Assembly: GCA_004298675.1 (NCBI GenBank)
Contig: SCRI01000002.1
Coordinates: forward strand, 13,181-77,180
DNA: 64,000 nucleotides
Source of the DNA: a bacterium
GTDB lineage: Bacteria > Vulcanimicrobiota > Vulcanimicrobiia > Vulcanimicrobiales > SCRA01
Reading direction: 5' to 3'
The position numbers were made by a program, and so were the translations under genes. The notes beneath the pieces are model-generated. The model saw only the letters and a program-made list of their open reading frames with translations. It had not been told where the DNA came from and did no database searches. Shown here piece by piece: positions 1 to 9,225 of the stretch; position 1 is the first letter of the stretch, and the number at the start of each line of letters is the position of its first letter.

Positions 1-13
1 AACTCGCTCTACG

Positions 14-487
14 TTGCTGCGTCCGCTGCTTATCCCGGCCACCGCTGTCGTGCTCGCCGCCGTCCTAGCCGGTTGCGGGTCCGGTGGCTTGTTGCCCCCT
101 GGTCCCGGCGGCGCGTCGCTGCACGGGATGGTCGTGGCCGCCTCGGCCCAGAGCCGGGTTCCGGAGCGCCTGACCTACGCGATGGTGCGGGCGGAGTCCG
201 CGGGTGATCCCACGGCGCTCTCGCGGACCGGCGCGATGGGTTTGATGCAGCTGATGCCCCAGACCGCGCGCGCCTACCGCGTGGACGACCCCTACGACCC
301 CTGGCAGAATCTGGTCGGCGGCACGCGCTACCTCCACGACTTGCTCGCGCGCTACCACGGCAACGTCACGCTGGCCGTGGCGGCATACAACGCCGGGCCG
401 CGCGCCGTGGACCGCTACCGCGGGATCCCGCCGTTCACCGAGACGCGCGCCTACGTGTCACGCGTGCTAAGGGACCTCGGCTCGTAA
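14..487 (+). CDS. Lytic transglycosylase (SLT domain) lipoprotein
   Basis: 157-aa ORF with a TTG start. N-terminal signal with lipobox LAGC. SLT-family motifs AESAGDP, GLMQLMP and AAYNAGP. Confidence 0.8.
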   Translation: MLRPLLIPATAVVLAAVLAGCGSGGLLPPGPGGASLHGMVVAASAQSRVPERLTYAMVRAESAGDPTALSRTGAMGLMQLMPQTARAYRVDDPYDPWQNLVGGTRYLHDLLARYHGNVTLAVAAYNAGPRAVDRYRGIPPFTETRAYVSRVLRDLGS

Positions 488-490
488 TCG

Positions 491-1645
491 ATGGCGGCCA
501 GCAGCCTGCGCGCGTTGCGAACCACGCCGCCTAGCGGCCGCCCCGCGTTCTCGATCCTCGATCGTTACCTGCTGGCCGAGTGCGTGGGGCCCTTCGGGTT
601 CGCGCTGGCGGCCTTTCTGCTCTTCGAATTCATCAACTTCTTCTTCTTAGCCGCGGACTACATCATCAACGCACACGCGCCGGTGGGCTTGGTGTTGCGC
701 TTCCTGGTCTTCCGCGTGCCACTGGTGGTCCCGATGGCGGCCCCCTTCGCCTGCCTCTTCGCGACGATGATGGCCTTCGGGCGCCTCGCCGCCGACAACG
801 AGATCACCGCCCTACGCACCAGCGGCGTGAGCTTCACGCGCATCTGCACGCCGCTCTTGCTGAGCGGTGTCGCGATCTTCATCTCGACGTATCTCATCAA
901 CGAGCACGTCACACCGTACACGGTCGATCTCTCGACGCGCTCGTTCTACCAGATCGTCTATCGCACGGCGACGCTGCCCGTCGAGCCCCAGTTCTTCCGG
1001 CGCGATCCCGAGAGCGGGCGCATCTTCTATGTGACGCGCATGGAGCCGGACGGGCGCACGATGGACGGCGTCATGATCTTCGAGCCCGGGCGCACCGATT
1101 TCTTTCAGAAGGTCACGACGGCGCAGCGCGCCTTCATCCTCAACGAGCAGTTGGTGCTGCAAAACACGCGTCAGGTTGCGTTCCGGCCCGATGGTACGGT
1201 AGCATACAGCGTGACCGGCAAGACCGTGACCGTTCCGCTGCCGCTGCAGGAGACGGCCTCGCAGTTCCTCTCGACGTCGAATACGGACCCCTACACGATG
1301 TCGTCGCGACAATTGGGTACGCAGGTCAGCGCGATGAAGGCACAGGGGTTGGGCGGACCCTCCGTCGGTATCTTGGAGATCACGCTGGCACAGAAGCTCG
1401 CCTATCCCTTCGGCGCGTTCATCGCGGTGCTGATCGGCATTCCTTTGGCCACGCGTTTTGGTAAGAAAGGGCGCGCGCTGGGCATCACGCTCTCCATCGT
1501 CGTGCTCTTCATCTATCAGCTCTTCATGGCGGCGATGGCCGCCCTGGGACGCAATGGCGAGATCAACGCCTACGCGGCCGCTTGGATTCCCAACGTCGTC
1601 ACCGGCGTGGCCGGAGGCATCCTACTCTACATCGAGGACCGCTAG
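491..1645 (+). CDS. LptF/LptG-family (YjgP/YjgQ) LPS export permease
   Basis: 384 aa. N-terminus ILDRYLL...; NEITALRTSGVS matches the SEITVMHACGLS region of E. coli LptF. Periplasmic insert between TM3 and TM4, and C-terminal TM helices. Confidence 0.8.
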   Translation: MAASSLRALRTTPPSGRPAFSILDRYLLAECVGPFGFALAAFLLFEFINFFFLAADYIINAHAPVGLVLRFLVFRVPLVVPMAAPFACLFATMMAFGRLAADNEITALRTSGVSFTRICTPLLLSGVAIFISTYLINEHVTPYTVDLSTRSFYQIVYRTATLPVEPQFFRRDPESGRIFYVTRMEPDGRTMDGVMIFEPGRTDFFQKVTTAQRAFILNEQLVLQNTRQVAFRPDGTVAYSVTGKTVTVPLPLQETASQFLSTSNTDPYTMSSRQLGTQVSAMKAQGLGGPSVGILEITLAQKLAYPFGAFIAVLIGIPLATRFGKKGRALGITLSIVVLFIYQLFMAAMAALGRNGEINAYAAAWIPNVVTGVAGGILLYIEDR

Positions 1646-4141
1646 GTGCGTTTCGTCGCTCTGCTGCTGGCGCTGGCCTTCACCAGCGTCTCCCTGCTCC
1701 CCGCGCGTGCCGCGGAGCCGGTACCACAACCGCTAACTACGGACAGCGCGAGCGCGCCGTGCTCGGTCGCGCAGGCGTACCCGAGCACAACGCCATCCGA
1801 ATCACCGTCGGCACAGCCCTCGGCATCGGCCTCACCATCGCCGTCGCCCTCACCCGCGCTGACGCCGCTGCCGTTCACGCATCCCGGCCAGGGCATCCCG
1901 ATTCTCGTTCCGCCACAGCCCACGCCCACACCGCCTGCGGTGACGCCACCGCCGCCGCCCACGCCCACACCGGTTCCCACCGGCAGCGCCGGCCCAGTCT
2001 TCCTGGTGCATCCAAGCCCGCTTCCACCGGGCGCATCGCCGACGCCGGTACCCACCATTCCGCCCGCCGGGGCCTCACCCGTGCCGGCGGAGGTTCCCAC
2101 GCCAGCGGGTCCCACACCGATTCCCACGCTTGGCCCCGATCAAGTCGCCGTGATCGCCGATCGCGTCACCGGTACCAATGCCGAACATCAGCCCATGGAC
2201 GCCGACGGCAACGTGCGCGTCTACTACCGCGACGCCATCCTCAGCGGCGATCACGCGCACTACGACGGGGATCGCACGATCACGCTCACCGGAAATCCCA
2301 GCCTGCGCAATCAGCGCGGCGACGCCGTCCTCAACGCTCAGGTGATCACGTTCGATACCGTCAAGGGTTTGGCGACGCTCACCGGCGGAACGGGAGCCAC
2401 GACCGAAGGCGTGGAGCACGGACGCCTCTACTATACCGGCACGCGCATCGAAGCGCTGCGCAGCGGCGTGACGCACATCGACCAGCCGTCCTTCACCACC
2501 TGCGACGTTCCAAAGGCCGGCTATCACATCGCGGCACGCTCGGCCGACCTCTACCCGAACGACAAGCTCATCGCACGCAAGGCGGTGCTCTACCTCGGCC
2601 TCATCCCCGTCGCCTACATTCCCGTGCTGGTGATCGGGTTGGCGCGGCGCCCGGCGCGTTTCGTCAACTCCTCGACGCCGGAGCTAGGTTACACGCAGAC
2701 CACCGGCGTCTTCGCCAAGGAGCGGCTGGGCTTCTATCGCAGCGACGACTGGTACGGCTACTACGTGCTCAACTACTTCCAGAAGTTGGGCATGGAGTTG
2801 GGATACGTTGCCTTCTATCGCCGCGCTGACAATCGGCGCAGCGGCTCGATCAACTTCGACGACTTCAACTACAACAAGCTCAGCGGCGGGCAGAAGCGCT
2901 ACAACCTCGCGATCAACGACGCGGAAAACTTCTCGCAACGGCTGCGCGGTAACTTCGCCTTCACCTACAACGGCAACTACGGCCCGTTCGTCTACCTGCC
3001 GCCATCGTTCTCGCTGAACTCCAGCGTCTCGTACGCGGGCATCCGCGGCCAGGAGAACTACACCTTCTCACGTTATCAGTCCGGCAGCCAGCAGGCCAAC
3101 ACCGCCTACGGCTTCACGGATAGCCGGCAGTTGAGCGCCCACGTCAGCGAACAGATCAACATCAGCCAGTCCTCCAATCGCAACGAGCTCTTCACCACCG
3201 GCAACACCGACGTGCTCCACCTGAACTCACTGACGCACGTCACGGAGCGGGGATTCGACGCCGACATCAACGTCGACAAGACCAATCAGACCTTCCTCGC
3301 CGGCATCGACAAGCTTCCGGAGATCACGCTGCGGCCGCATCTGCGCAGCTTTACGCGCTTCCCCTACTCGCTGAACTTCGTCCTGGGCCGCTATCACGAG
3401 TTTCCCACCAACGTGGAGACCAGCAAAGAGGAGGCCAACCTCACGTTGGGACCCGTGTACTACCGGGTCTTCAACAACACCGACTTCAACATGGGCGTGA
3501 ACGTGCGTCAGGACGTCTACGGGACCGGCGACGAGAAGGCGCAGATCACGCAAAACATGGCGCTCTCCTCCACCTTCGGCCGGCACGTCACCAACTCGCT
3601 GAGCTATAACGAGATCAACACCAACGGCAACCGCTTCGGACCGTTCCAGACCTTGGACGTACTAGGCGGAAATTCGTCATCGGCTCAGGACGTGCTGCGC
3701 GTCTTCAACCAGAGCTACTACAACCTCACGCTCTCCACGGGCACCAGCTTCAACCACATCGCGCAGCCGGTATCGTACCAACTGACGCTGCGTCCGTTCA
3801 GCGTGGCGTACGTGCAACTAGGCGGCTCGTACGATCCCAGCTACTCGAAGTTTGGCCCAACCAACGTGCAGATCGCCACGCCCTTCGGGCACGACAGCGA
3901 GATCCAAATCGCAGCGAACGTCTTCTACGGCGGCGTCTTCGGCCAGCGCGGCATCCGCAACAAAGCCATCTACTACCGCCACATCGTCGGCAACTGTTAC
4001 GAAGTGCAGCTCAGCTACCGCGAAGACCTCAAAGAGTTCGACGCGACCATCAATTTGCTGGCCTTCCCCAGCCGCGCGGCCAGCTTCGGCATCAACCAAA
4101 ACGGCCCGATCATCCCACAGAGCTTCACCTACGGCGGCTAG
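1646..4141 (+). CDS. LptD-like outer-membrane protein with an OstA/LptA-type N-terminal domain and a putative beta-barrel
   Basis: GTG start directly after the upstream TAG. Signal peptide ending ARA-AEP. About 140-aa Pro/Thr/Ser linker. OstA-like segment IADRVTG...GNVRVYYRDAILSGDHAHYD...LTGNP. About 600 aa of alternating N/Y/S/T/G-rich beta-strand-like sequence. Confidence 0.6.
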   Translation: MRFVALLLALAFTSVSLLPARAAEPVPQPLTTDSASAPCSVAQAYPSTTPSESPSAQPSASASPSPSPSPALTPLPFTHPGQGIPILVPPQPTPTPPAVTPPPPPTPTPVPTGSAGPVFLVHPSPLPPGASPTPVPTIPPAGASPVPAEVPTPAGPTPIPTLGPDQVAVIADRVTGTNAEHQPMDADGNVRVYYRDAILSGDHAHYDGDRTITLTGNPSLRNQRGDAVLNAQVITFDTVKGLATLTGGTGATTEGVEHGRLYYTGTRIEALRSGVTHIDQPSFTTCDVPKAGYHIAARSADLYPNDKLIARKAVLYLGLIPVAYIPVLVIGLARRPARFVNSSTPELGYTQTTGVFAKERLGFYRSDDWYGYYVLNYFQKLGMELGYVAFYRRADNRRSGSINFDDFNYNKLSGGQKRYNLAINDAENFSQRLRGNFAFTYNGNYGPFVYLPPSFSLNSSVSYAGIRGQENYTFSRYQSGSQQANTAYGFTDSRQLSAHVSEQINISQSSNRNELFTTGNTDVLHLNSLTHVTERGFDADINVDKTNQTFLAGIDKLPEITLRPHLRSFTRFPYSLNFVLGRYHEFPTNVETSKEEANLTLGPVYYRVFNNTDFNMGVNVRQDVYGTGDEKAQITQNMALSSTFGRHVTNSLSYNEINTNGNRFGPFQTLDVLGGNSSSAQDVLRVFNQSYYNLTLSTGTSFNHIAQPVSYQLTLRPFSVAYVQLGGSYDPSYSKFGPTNVQIATPFGHDSEIQIAANVFYGGVFGQRGIRNKAIYYRHIVGNCYEVQLSYREDLKEFDATINLLAFPSRAASFGINQNGPIIPQSFTYGG

Positions 4142-4144
4142 ACT

Positions 4145-4396
4145 CTACCCTTTACGGGCGCGTGAGAGATCGCCCGCGAGGTCGCGATACAGCGCGCGTC
4201 CGGCGCGTGCCAGCAGCTCCATGACGCGGAAGAGCCCGTCGCCCGAAAGCGTGATCGCCTGCCACTCGACGCCGGCGTGGCGGTGCACGAGCGAGTAGGT
4301 GTCGTTCTCGAGCTGATAGATCGCGAACTCGTTGGATTCGGCCAGCGGAGCCGCGTGCTCGATGTTACGGCGGTCGATGGTGGTCAAGAGTTGCAT
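4145..4396 (-). CDS. Hypothetical small protein (83 aa)
   Basis: GGGAGG Shine-Dalgarno upstream of the ATG. Strong G/C bias at third codon positions. No family recognised. Confidence 0.5.
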   Translation of the reverse strand: MQLLTTIDRRNIEHAAPLAESNEFAIYQLENDTYSLVHRHAGVEWQAITLSGDGLFRVMELLARAGRALYRDLAGDLSRARKG

Positions 4397-4432
4397 GCTG
4401 TGCCTCCCATGGTGACATGGTGGAGAAAGCCG

Positions 4433-5191
4433 CTACGGCGCGTTGATGATCTCGCCGCCGCTGATGAACGCCGCCGGATCCGCAACCTGATCGGCACCCG
4501 ACGGCTTGAAGATCTGCTGATCGAACGACGCGGTGGTCAACAGGCCCTGACTGAATGAGGTATCACTGATACCCGTGGCGCCCAGTGCGTCAATCGGCGC
4601 CTGCGTGGCCGCGTCGAGCGTGAAGAAGTTGAAGTACCAGGTCTGCTGGGCCGCCGTCGTCGGCACCGGATTGGGCAGCCCTGCCGGCGGCGGGGTCGTG
4701 CTGGGCAGGGGACCTGGCGAGGGCGAGGCGGGGCTAGGCAGGTAGAACAGCGCACGCGGGAAGAGAATCGCGAACTCCGTACCCTGGCCGTTGTCGTTGG
4801 GCGTGAGCTGAATGATGTTGGCTGGGATCGGTGGCTGGTTGACGCGGACGCTGTTGGGGCCGCCGCCGGGAACGGTGAAGTACTGCAGCAGCGTTGCCTG
4901 AGCGGTACCCGGAGCGGGGCCGGTCACCCCAAACGCGAAGGAGAAGTTCTGGAAACTGCCAGTCGACTGCGCGTTCGCGTACGGAGTGATCCCGGAGCCG
5001 GTCGTGTTGAAGACGATGAGGTACTGATACTTCTGAAAATTCATCGCGCCGGCGGTCCTGAAGCGAACCATCATGTCGCCTGCCGGGATGCCGACGTTCG
5101 GATTGCTGCCCGGGGGCAGCGTCACGATCTTGCCACAGGCGCCGAGCGCCAACGCCGCCGCAACCACGAGGACTCCGAACCAGCGTAGCAT
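4433..5191 (-). CDS. Hypothetical lipoprotein
   Basis: Internal ATG gives MLRWFGVLVVAAALALGAC, a signal peptide plus lipobox. The upstream 164 codons of the ORF look like non-coding read-through. Pro-rich internal segment. Confidence 0.65.
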   Translation of the reverse strand: MLRWFGVLVVAAALALGACGKIVTLPPGSNPNVGIPAGDMMVRFRTAGAMNFQKYQYLIVFNTTGSGITPYANAQSTGSFQNFSFAFGVTGPAPGTAQATLLQYFTVPGGGPNSVRVNQPPIPANIIQLTPNDNGQGTEFAILFPRALFYLPSPASPSPGPLPSTTPPPAGLPNPVPTTAAQQTWYFNFFTLDAATQAPIDALGATGISDTSFSQGLLTTASFDQQIFKPSGADQVADPAAFISGGEIINAP

Positions 5192-6704
5192 GTCCACCTC
5201 TCGCCCACTCGACGCCATCGTCCGGATCGCTGCGCCCGCAACGGTGACTTCGCTCGCCCTGCCGGCACTCTCGGCGGTGCTGCTCGCGGCGACGTTTCCG
5301 AAGATCAACGCGGCGTGGCTCGGCCCCATCGCGCTGGCCCCGCTGTTCTGGCTGTGGAGACGCTCTTCCTGGAAGTCCGCACTGCTCAGCGGCTGGCTTG
5401 CGGGAACGTTATTCTTCCTCTTGACGATGGCGTGGATCGGCACGTCGCTGGGAGAGTACGTCGGTACGCTCGCACCGCTCGCGGTCGTGCTCTTCGCGGC
5501 GATCGAAGGACTCTTCTTCGGTGTCGCTGGGGCAGCGTGCGCGCGCCTTGCCGTGACACGCACCGCACTCTGGCCGCTCGGGTGCGCGGCGCTCTGGACG
5601 CTGCTGGAATTAGCGCGCGGCAACGGCCCCGTGGGCGTTCCCTTTGGCCTGCTTGGAGACGCGCAGGCGGCGACGCCGTTCATCGCGATCGCCGCCTACC
5701 TCGGCGTGTACGGCATCTCGTTCGCGCTGGCGCTGATCTCCGCAGCTACCGCGGACCTCTGCGCGGACGCCACCCGGCGCAGCGGCGCGGCATGGATCGT
5801 GGGAACGCTGGCGCTCACCGGCGTATCGTGGTGGCTCTGGCCCGCTCGCGTGCACGCGGCGGCGCCCACGATGCGCGTCGCGGTGGTTCAGGGCAACGTC
5901 TCGCAAGACGTCAAGTGGAGCCCGCAGTTCTTCTGGAGCGAGTTCGGACGCTACGAGCGCGGCACGCTCGCCGCAGCCGCCGGCGATCCGGCGCTGGTGG
6001 TCTGGCCGGAGACGGTGGTCACGACGTTTCTCAACGAGAGCCCGGCCGTGCGCGACCGCCTCTCCCAACTCGCGCGCCGCACGGGCTCCGCGCTGCTGAT
6101 CGGTACCGACAGCCGCAGCGGCAAGCATCTTGCCAACCAGATGTGGGGTTACGGACGCAACGGCAACGTCGAAGCGATCTATACCAAACGCAATCTCGTA
6201 CCGTTCGCGGAGTACCTGCCGCTGGAGGGGCTGCTCGGCGCGATCCCGCTCTTCGATCCGGTCTCACGTTTCTCGGCCGGCAGCGCGGCAGTGGTCTTCC
6301 ACGACGCGCCGCTGCCGTACTCCGCGCTGATCTGCTACGAGAGCGCTTTCCCGCGGGACGCGTGGGACATGCTGCGCGCGGGGGCGCAGGTGCTGGTGAT
6401 CGCCACCGACGATGCCTGGTTCGGAACCTCCGCCGGGCCGTATCAGCACGCCGAGTTGGCGCAGTTACGCGCGGTCGAAGAGGGCGCCTACGTCGTGCGC
6501 GCCGCCGCCACCGGCATCTCGGGCATCATCGCCCCCGACGGCACCTGGCGCATGCGTATCCCGCTGGGCGTCGAGCGCACGGAGAGCGGCATGGTGGGAG
6601 CGCCCACCTGGACGCCGTACCGCGCCGTGGGACCCTGGGGTCCGCCCGTGCTCGCGCTGCTGGCGCTCGCGGCCGCTCTCGCGGTGCGGCGTTCCCGGAT
6701 ATGA
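5190..6704 (+). CDS. lnt: Apolipoprotein N-acyltransferase
   Basis: N-terminal multi-TM region plus a CN-hydrolase domain with VVWPET, YTKRNLVPFAEYLP and ALICYESAFP (E-K-C triad). Start uncertain; alternatives are 5073 and GTG 5244. Confidence 0.85.
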   Translation: MSTSRPLDAIVRIAAPATVTSLALPALSAVLLAATFPKINAAWLGPIALAPLFWLWRRSSWKSALLSGWLAGTLFFLLTMAWIGTSLGEYVGTLAPLAVVLFAAIEGLFFGVAGAACARLAVTRTALWPLGCAALWTLLELARGNGPVGVPFGLLGDAQAATPFIAIAAYLGVYGISFALALISAATADLCADATRRSGAAWIVGTLALTGVSWWLWPARVHAAAPTMRVAVVQGNVSQDVKWSPQFFWSEFGRYERGTLAAAAGDPALVVWPETVVTTFLNESPAVRDRLSQLARRTGSALLIGTDSRSGKHLANQMWGYGRNGNVEAIYTKRNLVPFAEYLPLEGLLGAIPLFDPVSRFSAGSAAVVFHDAPLPYSALICYESAFPRDAWDMLRAGAQVLVIATDDAWFGTSAGPYQHAELAQLRAVEEGAYVVRAAATGISGIIAPDGTWRMRIPLGVERTESGMVGAPTWTPYRAVGPWGPPVLALLALAAALAVRRSRI

Positions 6705-7243
6705 GCAAGCGCATCCAGCGCGTGGTCGCCCTGGCGGTGCTGGCCGTCGCGGCGATCCTCGCCGTCGTGGTCTATCGCGCGGGCATCAACGAGCTTCCGC
6801 CGCCGCCGACCGGCTCGACCGTACTCGACGAAGCCATCGGCACCGGCACGCACGGAACGCACGACGCCTGGCATTTCCAAGCCAAGCGCATCGTCACCTC
6901 GAGCGACGGCAACCTTACCACGCTGGAGGGCATCGAGAGCGCGGCGCTTTACGAGAGCGGGAAGGCGTACTTGACCCTACACGCCGACCGGGTCACCGTG
7001 GACATGCGCACGCGCGACGTCACCGTCGCCGGCCACATCGAGCTTCGTAGCGCCAACGCGCCCATCGTGCGCACGCTGCGCACCGAGCTGATCACCTGGA
7101 ACAACGCACTGCAGTCGCTCTCGATCCCCACGGCGATCACGCTCACAGCCAGCGGCGAGCACCTGAGCGTCGGCAATCTCCAATGGAACGTGGCCACGGG
7201 CCGGATCACCGCACAAAAGATCGACGGCACCGCTAAACTCTGA
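6701..7243 (+). CDS. LptC-like membrane-anchored OstA-fold protein
   Basis: ATG overlaps the lnt TGA (ATGA). Single N-terminal TM helix (VVALAVLAVAAILAVVVY) followed by about 140 aa of beta-rich LptC/LptA-like sequence. Confidence 0.55.
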   Translation: MSKRIQRVVALAVLAVAAILAVVVYRAGINELPPPPTGSTVLDEAIGTGTHGTHDAWHFQAKRIVTSSDGNLTTLEGIESAALYESGKAYLTLHADRVTVDMRTRDVTVAGHIELRSANAPIVRTLRTELITWNNALQSLSIPTAITLTASGEHLSVGNLQWNVATGRITAQKIDGTAKL

Positions 7244-7291
7244 GCACGGTGCCGCCGCACGCCGTTCCAAGAGCTCGACCGAAGGTGCGCC

Positions 7292-7522
7292 CTACGTGCG
7301 CTTTCCGTCCTCGATGAAGCGCTTGACCTTCTGACCGCCTTTGTGACCGATCTCCTCGTAGAAGGTCGGACCATACTTCTCTTTGGTGGCTTCGCCGCCC
7401 TTACGGCCGATCGATTCGTAGAATTCGGCGCCGTACTTGGCCTTCACGGTGTCGCCGCCTTTTTTGCCGGCTTCACGAACCGTCATCCCGCCACCGGTGG
7501 GGCGCCCCTTGATCGTTGCCAT
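7292..7522 (-). CDS. KGG-repeat general stress protein (GsiB/YciG-like)
   Basis: Three repeats: GKKGG, GRKGG and GHKGG. Start set at MATIKG. Confidence 0.75.
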   Translation of the reverse strand: MATIKGRPTGGGMTVREAGKKGGDTVKAKYGAEFYESIGRKGGEATKEKYGPTFYEEIGHKGGQKVKRFIEDGKRT

Positions 7523-7634
7523 TGCCTCGTCTCCTCTTCTGCTAGCCGGTTGGCATCCCTTACCCACCGCGCGGCGGCTCTAACTCCCTAGGCGCGGGCG
7601 GAGGCATAGGGCTTTGGGTCCAACCCTGGACTCC

Positions 7635-9215
7635 ATGCTCTCGATCATCTTCCGCGACGCCCGCCTCTACGATGGCCGCGGCGGACCGCCCCAGGTGGTC
7701 GACGTGGCGACCTATCGCGACCGGATCGCGCTCATCGGACGGCTGAACGAGCGCGAGGCGCGCGAGGTCATCGACTGCCGCGGCCTGGCGCTCTGCCCAG
7801 GCTTTATCGACATCCACAGTCATACCGACGAGCTTTGGCTGGCGGAGCCGCGCATGGAATCGAAGCTGCTGCAAGGCGTGACCACGGAGATCGGCGGAAA
7901 CTGCGGCGCGTCCGCCGCGCCGCTCGTCGACGCCGGCCTGCGCCGCCGGCGCGCACAGCGCCTGCGAGTCTACGGCGTGGACGTGACGTGGAGCAACGTG
8001 GACGAGTTTCTCGCACTCGTGGCACACGAGCACCCGGCCATCAACGTGGCAACGTTGATCGGCCTGGGCACCACGCGCGCCAACGTCGCAGGGGACGACC
8101 CCAGGCCGTTGGCGCGCGAACAGATTCAAGCCCAAGCGCGGCTCGTGCGCGAGGCAGTCGAGGCCGGAGCGTGGGGTGTCTCGAGCGGCTTGGTCTACCC
8201 GCCCGGCTCGCACGCCACGACGGAGGAGTTGACGGCCATGGCTCAGGCCGCGGCAGCTGCGGGCTCCGCGCTCTACGCCACGCACCTGCGCTCGGAATCC
8301 GACGGCTTAGAAGAAGCCGTCGACGAGGCACTGCACGTCGGCGCCGCGGCGGGAGTGAGCGTGTTGCTCTCGCACCACAAGGCCTGGGGCAAGCGTAACT
8401 GGGGGCGCGTGCATCGCACGCTGGCCACCGTCGACGCCGCGCGCGACCACGGTCAGCCCGTCTTCGCCGATGCCTATCCATATCTGGGCGCCTGGACGGA
8501 GTTGGCGCAAATGCTGCCCGCCGACGCCCGCAGCGGCGGAATCGACGCGACCCTGGAGCGCTTGCGCGATCCGGCGCAGCGCACCGCCCTGGCGCTGACA
8601 CTGGAACTGTCCTGGCAGGGCCGCTGGCACGAGGTCCTGATCACCGACGTCGCGTCGGCGCGCAACGAGGAGCTGGTGGGGCTGCGTTTGGACGACGTGG
8701 CACGGCGCTGGAGGATGCAGCCCGCGGCGGCGCTGCTGCGCCTGTTGGACGAAGAGGACTTGACGCCGGCGGCGATCTTCTTCGAGATGACGCAGAGCGA
8801 CGTCGACGCTGTCTTCTCGGCGCGCTTCGTGGCCGTAGGCAGCGACGCGTCCGCGCGCGCGCTGCGCGGCGTGACCGCACGCGGCCTCCCGCACCCGCGC
8901 GCGTTCGGCGCCTTTCCACGCGCCGTCGGCCGCTATAGCCGCCGCCGGCACGTCTTCGACGTCGCGGAGGGTGTGCGCAGGGCTACCTCGCTGCCGGCGG
9001 AGATCCTTGGCCTGCATGGGCGTGGCACGATCGAAGAAGGCGCCTACGCCGATCTCGTGCTCTTCGACGACGACACCTTGATCGACCGTGCCACCTACGA
9101 ACAGCCGACACTCCCGCCCGAAGGGATTCGCGCGGTCTATGTGAACGGTGTCTGCGCGTCGCGCGAAGGCACGCTCACCGGCGAGCGTCCTGGGCACGTC
9201 CTGCGGCGCCCATGA
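7635..9215 (+). CDS. N-acyl-D-amino-acid deacylase (D-aminoacylase), amidohydrolase superfamily
   Basis: N-terminus MLSIIFRDARLYDGRGG. Metal-binding motif GFIDIHSHTD. Family-typical length and C-terminal beta domain. Confidence 0.8.
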   Translation: MLSIIFRDARLYDGRGGPPQVVDVATYRDRIALIGRLNEREAREVIDCRGLALCPGFIDIHSHTDELWLAEPRMESKLLQGVTTEIGGNCGASAAPLVDAGLRRRRAQRLRVYGVDVTWSNVDEFLALVAHEHPAINVATLIGLGTTRANVAGDDPRPLAREQIQAQARLVREAVEAGAWGVSSGLVYPPGSHATTEELTAMAQAAAAAGSALYATHLRSESDGLEEAVDEALHVGAAAGVSVLLSHHKAWGKRNWGRVHRTLATVDAARDHGQPVFADAYPYLGAWTELAQMLPADARSGGIDATLERLRDPAQRTALALTLELSWQGRWHEVLITDVASARNEELVGLRLDDVARRWRMQPAAALLRLLDEEDLTPAAIFFEMTQSDVDAVFSARFVAVGSDASARALRGVTARGLPHPRAFGAFPRAVGRYSRRRHVFDVAEGVRRATSLPAEILGLHGRGTIEEGAYADLVLFDDDTLIDRATYEQPTLPPEGIRAVYVNGVCASREGTLTGERPGHVLRRP

Positions 9216-9225
9216 GGAACGTTAC

